NCBI GenBank assembly: GCA_903873415.1
Contig: CAIQOK010000163.1
Span: forward strand, 11,985-75,984
Direction: 5' to 3'
From: an uncultured Verrucomicrobiota bacterium
GTDB taxonomy: Bacteria; Verrucomicrobiota; Verrucomicrobiia; Limisphaerales; CAIQOK01
Length of the DNA stretch: 64,000 nt
Shown here in pieces: positions 32,401 through 44,146 of this stretch. Within the stretch, counting starts at the first letter, position 1. Each line of letters begins with the position of its first letter. The notes under the pieces are model-generated. The model worked only from the letters and a program-made list of their open reading frames with translations. It did no database searches and was not told where the DNA came from. The position numbers were made by a program, and so were the translations under genes.

Positions 32401-32872
32401 TGAAGGTCCCCAGTTCCAGCAGGCCGTTGCCCCACGAAAGCCGGTGTTCGGGTAGAAGTTCGGGCAGCAGCCCGTATTTCGATGGCCCGAAAAAAGCGCT
32501 GTGCATTCCCATCAGGAAAACGCAGGACAGAAGCAGGGGCAGTTGATGCAGATATAAGCCGCTCAGGGCGGCGAGCATCACGCCGATTTCAAACACCTTC
32601 ACCCCGATGGAGACGGTGCGTTTGCTGAAGCGGTCGGCGAGGAACCCGCCCGCCATGGAGAAGAGGATAAATGGCAGCGAGAAGAGCGCTCCCACCAGCT
32701 CGCCTATTTTGTGTTTCTCGGTCACTGTCACGTCCAGGCTGATAAGCATGAAGATAACGAGGTTTTTGAGGACATTGTCGCTGAACGCTCCCTGAAACTG
32801 GGTGAGGAAAAGGCTCCAGAAGCCCCTCAAGCCTTGCCTCTTTGGGGGATTTGCACCTCCAGATTGGATCAT
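29423..32872 (-). CDS. aas: Tripartite fusion: MFS lysophospholipid transporter (LplT-like) + PlsC-type acyltransferase + acyl-ACP synthetase (Aas-like)
   Basis: 1149 aa. The N-terminal ~400 aa are multi-TM MFS. The HX4D acyltransferase motif is FVCNHVSWADALLL. The AMP-binding motif is IFSSGSTGDPKGVMLSH, with the C-terminal adenylation blocks GWYVTGD and GKLDLR. Confidence 0.85.
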   Translation of the reverse strand: MIQSGGANPPKRQGLRGFWSLFLTQFQGAFSDNVLKNLVIFMLISLDVTVTEKHKIGELVGALFSLPFILFSMAGGFLADRFSKRTVSIGVKVFEIGVMLAALSGLYLHQLPLLLSCVFLMGMHSAFFGPSKYGLLPELLPEHRLSWGNGLLELGTFMAIILGTVAAAFLSTHFRAQPAWSGVFLMLLAGLGLATSLGISRVPAAAPLKKFQPNFPAEVWRQVGAIRRDRPLFLSLLGNTYFNFIGALLLLNLFFYGSFVLGLDEIGIGKLNVALALGIGLGSVAAGYLSGGKIEYGLVPLGATGLAVMSASLAVSGLTVNGALVCLALLGVAGGFFIVPVAALLQHRPDPDKKGEVLATANLLSFVGVFLASGAHYLLAQVWDFSPRQIFLTSGVLTLEAAIYVVVLLPDALLRFALWCVTHSFYRIRVLGRENIPDKGGALFVCNHVSWADALLLIASTDRSVRFLMFKDLYENRWLHPFYKILGVIPISAEQRPRELIQSLQAASDAIRAGEVVCIFAEGEITRIGQLLPFRRGMGRIMKNVEAPIIPVALDGLLGGPGSFKGGRFVWRLPARLPYPVTVSFGKPLPPTATPFEVRQEVQELLAGAWPYRRGRMEPLQRGFVRSCRSHPRRFALGDAQNAKVSFGTALTRTVFLARRLKGTWTGQEMVGLLLPPSAAGALANQAALLCGKVPVNLNYTLSAEALASCLRQCKIETTITSRAFLEKVKINLPGRVLFLEDIAAKPSGSEKIGALFLAKWVPVRLLELALGCRRKIALEDLATVIFSSGSTGDPKGVMLSHYNIASNVEQLGQVFALEGHDRLLGILPFFHSFGFTGTLALPALLGAGAVYHPNPLDSRAIGPLANHQQVTFLLATPTFLQFYLRGCAAGDFGSLRFVMTGAEKLPDRLAAAFEEKFGIRPFEGYGTTECAPAVAVNSPDFRAAGFRQVGAKRGKIGHPLPGVCVRIVDPENPLAANTQPLGEPGMLLVRGPNVMLGYLGQPTKTAEVLRDGWYVTGDMAVLDTDGFLQITGRLNRFSKIGGEMVPHLKVEEKLHELAGVAEQTFVVAGVPDEKKGERLAVLVLQKFDEAGLTACQEHLAASDLPNLWKPKADAYYRVESFPLLGTGKLDLRRIKELALTLANPLERG

Positions 32873-33023
32873 GGGCTCAAGCCTAATGATTAACGGCAGC
32901 CAGTGCGAATCGAAAAACTCGGGGTTCGCATCGACAGGACCGGATGCCTGCGGATTCGGTTGCCTGGCGTCGGCCTTGGATTTTCCTGCTCGTCAATGCC
33001 CTGTGCGATGGTAGGATCGCGGC

Positions 33024-33512
33024 ATGCGAACGGCGATTTATCCAGGCAGTTTCGATCCGTTGACCAACGGTCATTTGGACGTTGTGGAGCGCGCCTCCAA
33101 GCTGTTCGACCGGGTTTTGGTGGCGGTCGCCAAAAATGAAAGCAAAAACCCGCTCTTCAGCATGGAGGAACGGGTGGAACTGGTCCGGCAGTCGGTCGGT
33201 CATCTGGGCAATGTCCAGGCCGATTCGTTTGACTGCCTGCTGGTGGATTATGCGAGGCGCTCTTCGGCTCAAACCATCGTCCGGGGCCTGCGCGCCGTGT
33301 CGGATTTCGAATTTGAGTTCCAGCTCGCCCTGATGAACCGGAAATTGAACGAGCGAATCGAGACCATTTTCATGATGCCCAAGGACACCTACACGTTCTT
33401 GAGTTCGCGTCTGGTCAAGGAAATCGCACGCCTCAACGGGGATGTGAGTTCCTTTGTCCCGGCAGCCGTCCAAGCCGGACTGGCCGGCAAGCTGGCCGCC
33501 ACCCGAGTCTGA
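33024..33512 (+). CDS. coaD: Pantetheine-phosphate adenylyltransferase
   Basis: Starts MRTAIYPGSFDPLTNGHLDVVERA. 162 aa. Confidence 0.93.
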   Translation: MRTAIYPGSFDPLTNGHLDVVERASKLFDRVLVAVAKNESKNPLFSMEERVELVRQSVGHLGNVQADSFDCLLVDYARRSSAQTIVRGLRAVSDFEFEFQLALMNRKLNERIETIFMMPKDTYTFLSSRLVKEIARLNGDVSSFVPAAVQAGLAGKLAATRV

Positions 33513-33520
33513 CCTGATTT

Positions 33521-34018
33521 ATGCCACTGCTTGTCAACCTTCGCCATTTGGAAACCGAGGACCAGGACCTGGACCTGCGCGGGGAGCTGCCCGTTACGGA
33601 ACTCGATCTGGGCTGCAGCGATGATCTGGTTGTCCCCGCGAAGCCCTTGCTTTACCGGCTCACCGTCCAGTTGCTTGAGGATAGCCTGCTGGTGCAGGGT
33701 TCCCTGCGGCTGCCGCTTCAATGCCAGTGCGCCCGCTGCCTCAAACCATTTGAGTATCCTCTGGAGTTTCCGCGCTGGACGCTGCTGCTGCCTCTGGAAG
33801 GCGAAGAAAAGGTGGCCGTTGACAACGATTGCATAGACTTGACTCCTCATGTGCGGGAGGATATTCTCCTCGAGCTTCCGCAACATCCGTTGTGCGGAAA
33901 AGATTGTCGGGGCCTTCCGCAACCAGTGCAGGGCGAGGCCGTAAAAACCAGTCTTCCCGGGCAGGCCTCGTCTGCTTGGGCGGCGCTGGACAAGTTGAAC
34001 ATTGAGCATTTGAATTAA
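33521..34018 (+). CDS. yceD: YceD-family (DUF177) protein
   Basis: 165 aa, acidic, with a C-terminal Cys-containing block ([11 protein letters not shown]). It is in the conserved position immediately upstream of rpmF. Confidence 0.72.
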   Translation: MPLLVNLRHLETEDQDLDLRGELPVTELDLGCSDDLVVPAKPLLYRLTVQLLEDSLLVQGSLRLPLQCQCARCLKPFEYPLEFPRWTLLLPLEGEEKVAVDNDCIDLTPHVREDILLELPQHPLCGKDCRGLPQPVQGEAVKTSLPGQASSAWAALDKLNIEHLN

Positions 34019-34023
34019 GATTT

Positions 34024-34209
34024 ATGGGCGTTCCCAAGAGAAAACCGTCGAAGAGCCGTCAGCGCATGCGCCGGGCTTACAACAGCGTGCTCAAACTGCC
34101 GCAGCTCAGCACCTGCCCGCAATGCGCGGCACCCTACATCCCGCACCGCGTCTGCCCCTCCTGCGGCTGTTATAAGGGACGCCAGGTGATCACCATCACC
34201 GCCGCCTGA
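34024..34209 (+). CDS. rpmF: 50S ribosomal protein L32
   Basis: Starts [17 protein letters not shown] and has CPQC...CPSCG zinc-ribbon cysteines. 61 aa. Confidence 0.93.
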   Translation: MGVPKRKPSKSRQRMRRAYNSVLKLPQLSTCPQCAAPYIPHRVCPSCGCYKGRQVITITAA

Positions 34210-34216
34210 TCGTTTA

Positions 34217-34250
34217 GGGCGCGGAAACCCTTTCCGCGCCCTTTTCGTTT
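34217..34250 (+). terminator. Intrinsic terminator or attenuator between rpmF and plsX
   Basis: Sequence is gggcgcggaaa-ccc-tttccgcgccc (11-bp perfect stem) followed by ttttcgttt. It ends 1 nt before the plsX ATG. Confidence 0.65.
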
Positions 34251-35306
34251 ATGCGCATCGCAGTTGATGTCATGGGTGGCGACCACGGTTGTGGCATTGT
34301 CATCGAAGGCGTCAAGCAAGCGCTCTCCGTTGAGCGTCAAATCTCATCCCTCTACCTTGTCGGCCATCAATCCGAAATCCACGCCGCCCTGAAGAGCAGC
34401 GGCCTGAATGACCATAGGGTTGAGATCTTACACGCCAGCGAGGTGCTGACGATGAAGGACAAACCGCTCGAAGGCATCCGCCGTAAAAAAGACTGTTCCA
34501 TGGTGCGCGCCATTGAACTGGTCCGGGACGGAAAAGCTGACGCGGTCATCTCTCCCGGCAACACTGGTGCTTTGGTGGCGGGCTCTTTGAAACTGGGCCG
34601 GATCAAGGGCGTGGAGCGCCCGGCCATCACCTGCCGAATGCCTTCCCGGAACCAAGACTTCATCCTTCTGGACGCGGGTGCCAACGCTGTGGCCGAACCT
34701 CTGCATCTGGCCCAGTTTGCGGTCATGGGCAGCATCTATGCCCGCGAAGTTCTGGGCCTGGCCCGCCCTCGGGTGGGCGTGTTGAGTAACGGCTCGGAGG
34801 AAACAAAAGGGAACGATTTGACCCGCGAGGCGACCCGGCTATGCCGCAATCTGGATATTAATTTCATCGGCTACACCGAGGGCTTTGATCTTTTCAACGA
34901 CGGCGTCGATGTGGTGGTGACTGACGGGTTCACCGGCAACATTGTTTTGAAAACGGCCGAGAGCATGGGGTATGCGATGATGCATCTTCTTAAGCGGGAA
35001 CTAACCGCCAGCCCGGTGCGTAAACTCGGCGCCCTGCTGGCCCGGGGGGCCTTTCGCGGATTGAAGCGCAGCATGGATCCGGAGGTTTACGGCGGCGCCG
35101 CCTTGCTGGGGCTTAACGGCGTGGTCATCAAGGCGCACGGTTCCTCCCGCGAGCGCGCCATTGCCAGCGCCATCCGCGTCGCCACCGGGGAGATCAGCCA
35201 TGGCATCACCCGGCTGGTCGAACAGGAAATCACCTCAGCCAACCTCAAACTCGCCCCGCTGCTTCAGCTGGCCGCGCCTCCCGCCCTTTCCAGCCTCCCA
35301 CAATAA
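34251..35306 (+). CDS. plsX: Phosphate acyltransferase PlsX
   Basis: Starts MRIAVDVMGGDHG and contains SPGNTGALVA and GFTGNIVLK. Confidence 0.93.
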   Translation: MRIAVDVMGGDHGCGIVIEGVKQALSVERQISSLYLVGHQSEIHAALKSSGLNDHRVEILHASEVLTMKDKPLEGIRRKKDCSMVRAIELVRDGKADAVISPGNTGALVAGSLKLGRIKGVERPAITCRMPSRNQDFILLDAGANAVAEPLHLAQFAVMGSIYAREVLGLARPRVGVLSNGSEETKGNDLTREATRLCRNLDINFIGYTEGFDLFNDGVDVVVTDGFTGNIVLKTAESMGYAMMHLLKRELTASPVRKLGALLARGAFRGLKRSMDPEVYGGAALLGLNGVVIKAHGSSRERAIASAIRVATGEISHGITRLVEQEITSANLKLAPLLQLAAPPALSSLPQ

Positions 35307-35308
35307 GC

Positions 35309-36340
35309 ATGACCACCAAGCCCGTCTTCAAGAATCCTCGCGCCACCCATGATTTTCTCGGACGGAGCTGCTCCATTTCAGGGGTCGGATCCTACGTCCC
35401 CGAGCGAATTCTCACCAATGCCGAGCTGGAAAAACTGGTCGACACCACGGACGAGTGGATCACCAGCCGCACCGGCATTAAAGAACGCCGGATTGCCGCC
35501 CCTGACCAATACACCTCGGACCTGGCGACCGCTGCGGCGCAGCGCGCCATGAAAAACGCCGGCGTCACCCCCGAACAGATCGATCTGATCATCGTGGCCA
35601 CGATCACCCCTGACATGCCGTTTCCGGCGACGGCATGTCTCGTGCAGCGCAAACTGGGCGCGCGGCGCGCCGCGGCGTTTGATCTCGAAGCCGCCTGTTC
35701 CGGCTTTATCTACGCTCTGGAGATCGGTCAGCAGTTTATCATGTCCCGCACCTACGACACTGTGTTGGTCATCGGCGCGGAGAAGCTTTCCAGCATCACC
35801 GACTGGCAGGACCGCAACACTTGCGTGCTATTCGGTGACGGGGCGGGTGCGGCCATTCTCCAGAACCGGGAGGGCGCACACGGTCTTCTGACGGCGGTCA
35901 TGGGCGCCGACGGGGAGAACTCGGACTTGCTCTCAATGGCCGGCGGGGGAAGCCGCTGCCCCGCGACGGTGGAATCGGTGAATTCCCGGATGCATTACCT
36001 TCGCATGGAAGGCAAGGAAACCTTTAAAAACGCCGTGCAAGCCATGGTCACCGCGGCCAAGGAAGCCCTGAGGCGCTGTGAACTGGATGTCTCAGCCATC
36101 AAATGCATCATCCCCCATCAGGCCAACCGCAGGATCATCGATGCCGTCGGTGACCGGCTCGGTGCCACCCCGGAGCAGTTGTTTGTTAATCTTGAAAAGT
36201 ATGGAAACACCTCGGCCGCCTCGGTGGCCATCGCCTTGGATGAGGTGGTTTCATCAGGCCGGCTTCAGCGAGGGGATCTGATCCTGCTCGTGGTGTTTGG
36301 CGCCGGTCTGACTTGGGGTGCGGCTGTGATTGAATGGTGA
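35309..36340 (+). CDS. fabH: Beta-ketoacyl-ACP synthase III
   Basis: Contains LEAACSGFIYAL (active-site Cys), HQANRRII and GNTSAASV. Confidence 0.93.
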   Translation: MTTKPVFKNPRATHDFLGRSCSISGVGSYVPERILTNAELEKLVDTTDEWITSRTGIKERRIAAPDQYTSDLATAAAQRAMKNAGVTPEQIDLIIVATITPDMPFPATACLVQRKLGARRAAAFDLEAACSGFIYALEIGQQFIMSRTYDTVLVIGAEKLSSITDWQDRNTCVLFGDGAGAAILQNREGAHGLLTAVMGADGENSDLLSMAGGGSRCPATVESVNSRMHYLRMEGKETFKNAVQAMVTAAKEALRRCELDVSAIKCIIPHQANRRIIDAVGDRLGATPEQLFVNLEKYGNTSAASVAIALDEVVSSGRLQRGDLILLVVFGAGLTWGAAVIEW

Positions 36341-36390
36341 GTGCCCTGGTTTGACGATTGGTCTCGGTGTGTTAGTTTCCCTTCGATTTT

Positions 36391-36720
36391 ATGAGTGCCA
36401 GAAAGTTGCAATCCGGAAGTTTTTTACACAACCGTCTCTCAATGGCAGCCAGACAGGTTAAATTGTCCCTCTCGCCCGAATCCGTGCTCATTCGCAAGCA
36501 TGGATTGGAGTTTCACAGCCCCACTTCATTTACCCCCTGGGTGGAAATGACGGTCACCTTGGAGTCGCCGCAGGGCGGGAGGCCGGTTAAGTGTTCCGGC
36601 GTGGTGGTTGCCTGTTCAGGCAGCAAACACGCGGGTTATCAGGTCTCGCTGGTGTTCACCAGCATGACCAAGCAGGCCGAGAGCCGCCTCCATTCCCTGG
36701 CCCTGTTGCCTCTGGCCTGA
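36391..36720 (+). CDS. Hypothetical small protein, possibly a degenerate PilZ-like beta-barrel
   Basis: 109-aa ORF 80 nt upstream of pilT. The C-terminal pattern VKCSGVVVACSGSKHAGYQVSLVFTSMTKQAESRL resembles the last strands and helix of PilZ domains. The RxxxR and D/NxSxxG motifs are not evident. Confidence 0.35.
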   Translation: MSARKLQSGSFLHNRLSMAARQVKLSLSPESVLIRKHGLEFHSPTSFTPWVEMTVTLESPQGGRPVKCSGVVVACSGSKHAGYQVSLVFTSMTKQAESRLHSLALLPLA

Positions 36721-36800
36721 GGATATTCCCGGCCGCCGGCACCCTTCCGATCCAACGGTTTTTTGTTTGGCCCGTTCCAGCCCTCGGTTAGCCTGCAGCC

Positions 36801-37889
36801 ATGGAAATTTTTCATCGGATCCTGAAAATCGCCGTCGAAGGCGGTGCCTCCGACATTCACATCAAGGTTGGCACCCCGGTTGTTTTCCGGATCAACCGCC
36901 AGCTGGTGGCCATTGAGTGCCCTCATCCCACCTTGGATTGGATGAACTCCATCACCGCGCAGATCACGCCGGCGCATCTCCGGGTCAAACTGGAGGAGGA
37001 GCGGGAGATTGATTTCTCCTATTTTGTTCCCAACATCGGCCGGTTCCGCACCAATCTTTTTCAGCAGCGCGGCCAGTGGTGCTACGCCATGCGCTTTGTG
37101 AAAAATCATGTGGCCAGTTTTGAGGAGCTGGGCTTGATGCCCATCGTTAAACAAATCGCCGAGTCCCCCCGCGGCATCGTGCTGGTCGCCGGCGCGACCG
37201 GCTCCGGCAAGTCCACCACTCTGGCTGCGATGGTTGAGCACATCAACGCCAACTTCAAAAAACACATCATCACCTTGGAGGACCCGATCGAATTTGTCTT
37301 TGAGGACAACCAGTCCGTGGTGGAGCAGCGCGAAGTCGGCCTGGATACCCTCTCCTTCCACCACGCCCTCAAACACGTCCTGCGGCAGGACCCGGATATC
37401 ATCATGGTGGGAGAGATGCGCGATGCCGTCAGCTTCACTGCGGCCATGAGCGCCGCCGACACCGGGCACCTAGTCATGTCCACGTTGCACACCACCAACG
37501 CGGCGCAGTCCATCAGCCGCATCCTGGACTTTTTCAAGGCCGAGGAGCGCGAGCAGGTAAGGCGTCAGCTGGCCGGCTGTCTGCAGGCGGTGGTCTGCCA
37601 GCGCATGGTCCCCAACGTCAGCGGCGGCGTTTCCCCCGCTCTGGAAATCCTGCTCAACACCCCCACGGTGAGAAAACTGCTCGAGGAAAACCGCCTGGAT
37701 AAACTCTCCGTGGCGATCGAGACGGGTTCGGAGGATGGGATGCTCAATTTTAATCAGTCGCTCTTCCAGTTGGTCAAAGACGGAAAAATCAGCCAGAAGG
37801 AGGCGATGGCCAAGGCGTCCAACCCGCAGGCACTGGAGATGAATTTCAAAGGCATCTTCTTGGACGAGGGCCGTCGCATCTTGGGTTGA
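36801..37889 (+). CDS. pilT: Type IV pilus retraction ATPase PilT
   Basis: Contains ASDIHIKVGTPVVFRINRQL, Walker A GATGSGKSTTLAAM and the Asp/His-box region IITLEDPIEF...ALKHVLRQDPDIIMVGEMRD...TGHLVMSTLHT. Confidence 0.9.
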   Translation: MEIFHRILKIAVEGGASDIHIKVGTPVVFRINRQLVAIECPHPTLDWMNSITAQITPAHLRVKLEEEREIDFSYFVPNIGRFRTNLFQQRGQWCYAMRFVKNHVASFEELGLMPIVKQIAESPRGIVLVAGATGSGKSTTLAAMVEHINANFKKHIITLEDPIEFVFEDNQSVVEQREVGLDTLSFHHALKHVLRQDPDIIMVGEMRDAVSFTAAMSAADTGHLVMSTLHTTNAAQSISRILDFFKAEEREQVRRQLAGCLQAVVCQRMVPNVSGGVSPALEILLNTPTVRKLLEENRLDKLSVAIETGSEDGMLNFNQSLFQLVKDGKISQKEAMAKASNPQALEMNFKGIFLDEGRRILG

Positions 37890-38416
37890 GTGCGGTGATT
37901 TCGCTGAACCGAAAGCCCGCCGCCTTGAATTCCGCCGGCACTGAATCCTCCGACCAGTCGGAGTTCAATCCTGCCCGTTCCCGGTCCGGAGTGCTGTTTC
38001 TCTGCACCGGAAACTATTACCGCAGCCGTTTCGCCGAGGAGCTTTGGAACCATTATGCCCGCCGGAACCACCTCAGGGAACAAGCCGCCTCCAAAGGCTT
38101 CAAGCCTGATCCAAAAAACAATCCCGGTGCCATGTCCCGGTTCAGCCTGGAGCGGTTGGCCACGCGAGGCATCACCCCGGCCGGGGCCGCCCGCCTGCCT
38201 GCTGCCGTGACGCGGGCCGATCTTCTCCGATATCGGATCCTCATTGCGTTAAGCGAATCCGAGCACCGGCCGATGCTGCTGGGGCAATTCCCGGAATTTC
38301 TTGGTGCGGTCCGTTTCTGGCAGGTGGAGGATGTGCAGTGGGAATATTACACCAGCGCGCTGGATAAGATTGAAGTCTGCGTCCGGCATCTGCTGGAGGA
38401 ATTTGGCCCGGAGTGA
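37886..38416 (+). CDS. Low-molecular-weight phosphatase family protein (LMW-PTP/ArsC-like)
   Basis: CX5R(S) active site in VLFLCTGNYYRSRFAEE. The TTG at 37886 overlaps the pilT stop; a GTG at 37895 is an alternative start. Confidence 0.72.
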   Translation: MSAVISLNRKPAALNSAGTESSDQSEFNPARSRSGVLFLCTGNYYRSRFAEELWNHYARRNHLREQAASKGFKPDPKNNPGAMSRFSLERLATRGITPAGAARLPAAVTRADLLRYRILIALSESEHRPMLLGQFPEFLGAVRFWQVEDVQWEYYTSALDKIEVCVRHLLEEFGPE

Positions 38417-38488
38417 CGGGCTGCAACTGCGGCAGCTGGATAAAACGGAGCAATGAAAAGCGGCAGCGGCGCCCGCCGCCCCTCCGGC

Positions 38489-39478
38489 TTACCGCCGCCA
38501 CGCCGTCTTTGGAGGTTCCGGCAGGCCCTGCGCCCTCAACGCGGTGCGGAAGTGCATCTTGGAAACCTGAGGCAACTGCTCCACACCATGCCGGGTGATG
38601 AACTCCTTGGCCGCCGTATCCACCGCGGCTGAAGCCCCCTTGGGAAGCCTCACCTCAAATTGCTTCTCCAGCGCCGCGAGGCGCGACACAAATTCGTGCC
38701 GCGCCAGTATCGAGGCCGCCGCCACCGCCAGATCAGCCTCCGCCTTGTGCCGCTGGACCAGCTCGATCTCGCGCCCCAAACTCATCAGCGCTTTGCCGAC
38801 CACATCTTTGCTGGCGGCGAACTGGTCGCTGATGGCCCGCACCGGGGGCGGGTTCATGCGATGCCTCTGGCCCATGAGATTTTCAATCACCCGCGCGTGG
38901 CCCCAAGCCAGGAGGGTGTTGACGCTTCGCATCTTTTTGTAGAGCCGGTTATACGCGTCATTGCCGATCGGCACGACCGATGTCACACAGCCCGGGGTTT
39001 CTCGGATCAGCTCGGCCAGTTCGGCGATTTTCCTGTCGCTGGAAATGTTTTTGGAATCGCGCACCCCGGCCTCCTTCCACGAGTTGATTACGGCTTCGTT
39101 CACATAAACCCCGGCGATACAGAGCGGGCCGAAAAAGTCGCCCTTGCCGCTTTCGTCCACACCCAGACGCGGGGCGATCAACTCGGGGTTGAGCATCGTC
39201 TCGTAGCCGAGTTTGACCTCCTTCAAAATCTCCGGTTCCAGGACGAACTCGATGAATTCCCGGGTGCCCTTGCCTTGGAGCACCAGCTTGCCGCTTTCGT
39301 AAAAAACCACGTTCAGCTTGTCTTTTTCAGCGGCGAAACGCGCGTAAGGCACCTTTCGGAACCGGTAGTTCCGCTCCTGAAGCCAAGCCCGGAGCGCCGC
39401 GGCTTGCGCGTCGGTCAGTTTGCACGTGTGCGAGGTTAAGGGTTTCACCGCCCGCACCTTAGCCGCCCCGGCGTGCAA
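38489..39478 (-). CDS. rnhC: Ribonuclease HIII
   Basis: Contains GVDESGKGDFFGPLCIAGV, preceded by an N-terminal ~90-aa domain (YARFAAEKDKLNVVFYESGKLVLQGK) as in RNase HIII. The start codon is uncertain: TTG at 39478, with in-frame GTGs shortly downstream. Confidence 0.8.
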   Translation of the reverse strand: MHAGAAKVRAVKPLTSHTCKLTDAQAAALRAWLQERNYRFRKVPYARFAAEKDKLNVVFYESGKLVLQGKGTREFIEFVLEPEILKEVKLGYETMLNPELIAPRLGVDESGKGDFFGPLCIAGVYVNEAVINSWKEAGVRDSKNISSDRKIAELAELIRETPGCVTSVVPIGNDAYNRLYKKMRSVNTLLAWGHARVIENLMGQRHRMNPPPVRAISDQFAASKDVVGKALMSLGREIELVQRHKAEADLAVAAASILARHEFVSRLAALEKQFEVRLPKGASAAVDTAAKEFITRHGVEQLPQVSKMHFRTALRAQGLPEPPKTAWRR

Positions 39479-39608
39479 AGAAACTCAAAAATGGCAGACG
39501 CATCCCCCCCCAGCGTATTGTTCAAAAATGAAGCCCCTCCGATGGGCGCCAATGCCTCGGCTTGCCAGCCCCTTGCCTTCTTCGGCCTCCTCACTACCCT
39601 TCAACCCG

Positions 39609-40745
39609 ATGTCACGCATGTCAGCCATCTTGAGACCCGATGAGGGAAGTCCGGAACCGCGCCGGCTCGTTCCCCTGCTGCTGGACTGGTTTGTCAAAGA
39701 CGCCCGTGACCTGCCTTGGCGCCGGGCCCTCGATCCCTACGCCATCTGGGTCTCCGAGGTTATGTTGCAGCAAACGCAGGTGAAAACGGTGTTGCCATTT
39801 TGGGAGCGTTGGATGCGGGAGTTGCCGGATATTGCCGCGGCAGCCGGTGCGCATCCGGAGCAGCTTCATAAGCTTTGGGAAGGCCTTGGCTATTACACCC
39901 GTGTGCGGAACCTGCAAAAAGCCGCGCAGCAAATCATGCAACACCACGGCGGCCGGTTTCCAGAATCGTTCGACGATATCCTCGCCCTGCCTGGCATTGG
40001 TCGCTACACCGCCGGTGCCATCTCTAGCATCGCTTTCAACCGCCCCACCCCGATTGTGGATGGCAATGTCGTGCGCGTCCTGACACGGCTGTTCGGAATT
40101 GGGGGGGATCCTGGCGAAAAGAGAATCAGCGATCGACTTTGGCAGATTGCCGAGACACTGGTTCTCGATGCTTCACGATGCTCCGGTCGGGCCAGAGCCT
40201 GCTCGCACCTTAATCAATCGTTGATGGAACTGGGCGCGCTGGTTTGCACCCCGCAGGCGCCGCTCTGTTTTTCGTGTCCGGTCAAAGCTTACTGCGCCGC
40301 CCTCCAGGAAGACCGGGTTGCGCTGCTTCCTAATCTGCCAAAGCGCGCCAAACCCACCGTGCTGCACTTCGCCGCTTTTGCGGCAGAGTGGGACGGCAAG
40401 TGGCTGGTCAGGCAGCGGCCCTCTGGCGGGGTTAACGCGCATCTGTGGGAGTTTCCCAACGTGGAGATACCGGCCGGAATGGATCCGGCAAGCGCCGCCA
40501 CGTCCGCTCTTGGATTTTCTCCTGAAACCTTGCGGCCGCTTTGTCGGATCAGCCACGCGATCACCCGTTACCGGATCACATTGACAGTTTTTGCCTGCGA
40601 CACAACGCAGAGCCCGGAAGCGGGGTTCGGCCAAGGCCTGTGGCTCACGGGTGGCGAACTTCAGGCATTGTCTTTCCCGAGTGCCCACAAGAAGATTCTC
40701 AAACAACTGCCTGAGTCAGGCTCGGCCCGCTTTTTTGAGACGTGA
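39609..40745 (+). CDS. mutY: A/G-specific adenine DNA glycosylase
   Basis: Contains RDLPWRRALDPYAIWVSEVMLQQTQV and an HhH-GPD region (LPGIGRYTAGAISSIAF). The Fe-S cluster cysteines are C..C.P...C.SCPV...C, and a C-terminal NUDIX-like domain follows. The start was chosen as the first ATG clear of rnhC; 39528 and 39552 are alternatives. Confidence 0.87.
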   Translation: MSRMSAILRPDEGSPEPRRLVPLLLDWFVKDARDLPWRRALDPYAIWVSEVMLQQTQVKTVLPFWERWMRELPDIAAAAGAHPEQLHKLWEGLGYYTRVRNLQKAAQQIMQHHGGRFPESFDDILALPGIGRYTAGAISSIAFNRPTPIVDGNVVRVLTRLFGIGGDPGEKRISDRLWQIAETLVLDASRCSGRARACSHLNQSLMELGALVCTPQAPLCFSCPVKAYCAALQEDRVALLPNLPKRAKPTVLHFAAFAAEWDGKWLVRQRPSGGVNAHLWEFPNVEIPAGMDPASAATSALGFSPETLRPLCRISHAITRYRITLTVFACDTTQSPEAGFGQGLWLTGGELQALSFPSAHKKILKQLPESGSARFFET

Positions 40746-40933
40746 GTGTGTGCTGGCAGGGCTTTGAATTATTCGGTGGGGACTTTTTCTGCAGTCCCCC
40801 CTCCCGGGGGGGCTTGGGACATTGGATCGGGGATGTTCAGGTGGGGAAGCCGGTAGGATTGAGAGCGGGTTGCGGGTTTTACATGTCAATTTGCGTTGCC
40901 AAGGGCAGGGGAAATCGCAAAAGATAGGTGATC

Positions 40934-41440
40934 ATGTCGACGGTTGCCCAACAGTTGCGTCAGGCGCGAGAAGCGCGAAACCTTTCTCTTGCCGAGGTGG
41001 CGGATTTTCTCAAAGTCCGCACGGATCACCTGCGGGCGCTGGAGGAGGGGGATTTCGGTGTTTTTGCCGCCCCGGTCTACATCCGCGGATTTGTGAGGAC
41101 TTACGCCCGGATGCTGCGGCTCGATGTGCCGCAAACCATCGCCGCCTTGGCGGCTGAGCTGGCTTTGACGGAAAAGTTCAGCGAGCCCCCCCCGCTCACG
41201 CCGCACACCCGAGGGCCTTTGGATTTCGTGACTCTGCAACTCTCCAAGCTGAACTGGCGCATCGCGGCCATCACGATCGGCGTGATGCTTCTTTTGGCTC
41301 TGCTCGTACCGGCCCTGCTTGCAAACCGCCGCCCTCAGCGGGCGGCTGATCCTTTGGCCGGCCTGAAGCCCGGACTTTATCAGCCAGTAAGATCCGGCGG
41401 TGACACTCTGCCGGTGCCCCCGCCCGCCGCCCGGCGGTGA
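40934..41440 (+). CDS. RodZ-like helix-turn-helix membrane protein
   Basis: The HTH reads LRQAREARNLSLAEVADFLKVRTDHLRALEEGDF...PVYIRGFVRTYARML. One TM helix (IAAITIGVMLLLALLVPALL) follows. Confidence 0.65.
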   Translation: MSTVAQQLRQAREARNLSLAEVADFLKVRTDHLRALEEGDFGVFAAPVYIRGFVRTYARMLRLDVPQTIAALAAELALTEKFSEPPPLTPHTRGPLDFVTLQLSKLNWRIAAITIGVMLLLALLVPALLANRRPQRAADPLAGLKPGLYQPVRSGGDTLPVPPPAARR

Positions 41441-41447
41441 GGGAGGG

Positions 41448-44069
<2,622 letters not shown>

Positions 44070-44146
44070 GTTCCGTATTCTAGCAGAGCACTCTTCCAAG
44101 ACAAAACCTCTTTGCGCGGCCAGGTGGTTTGGGATTTACTGGGCTG

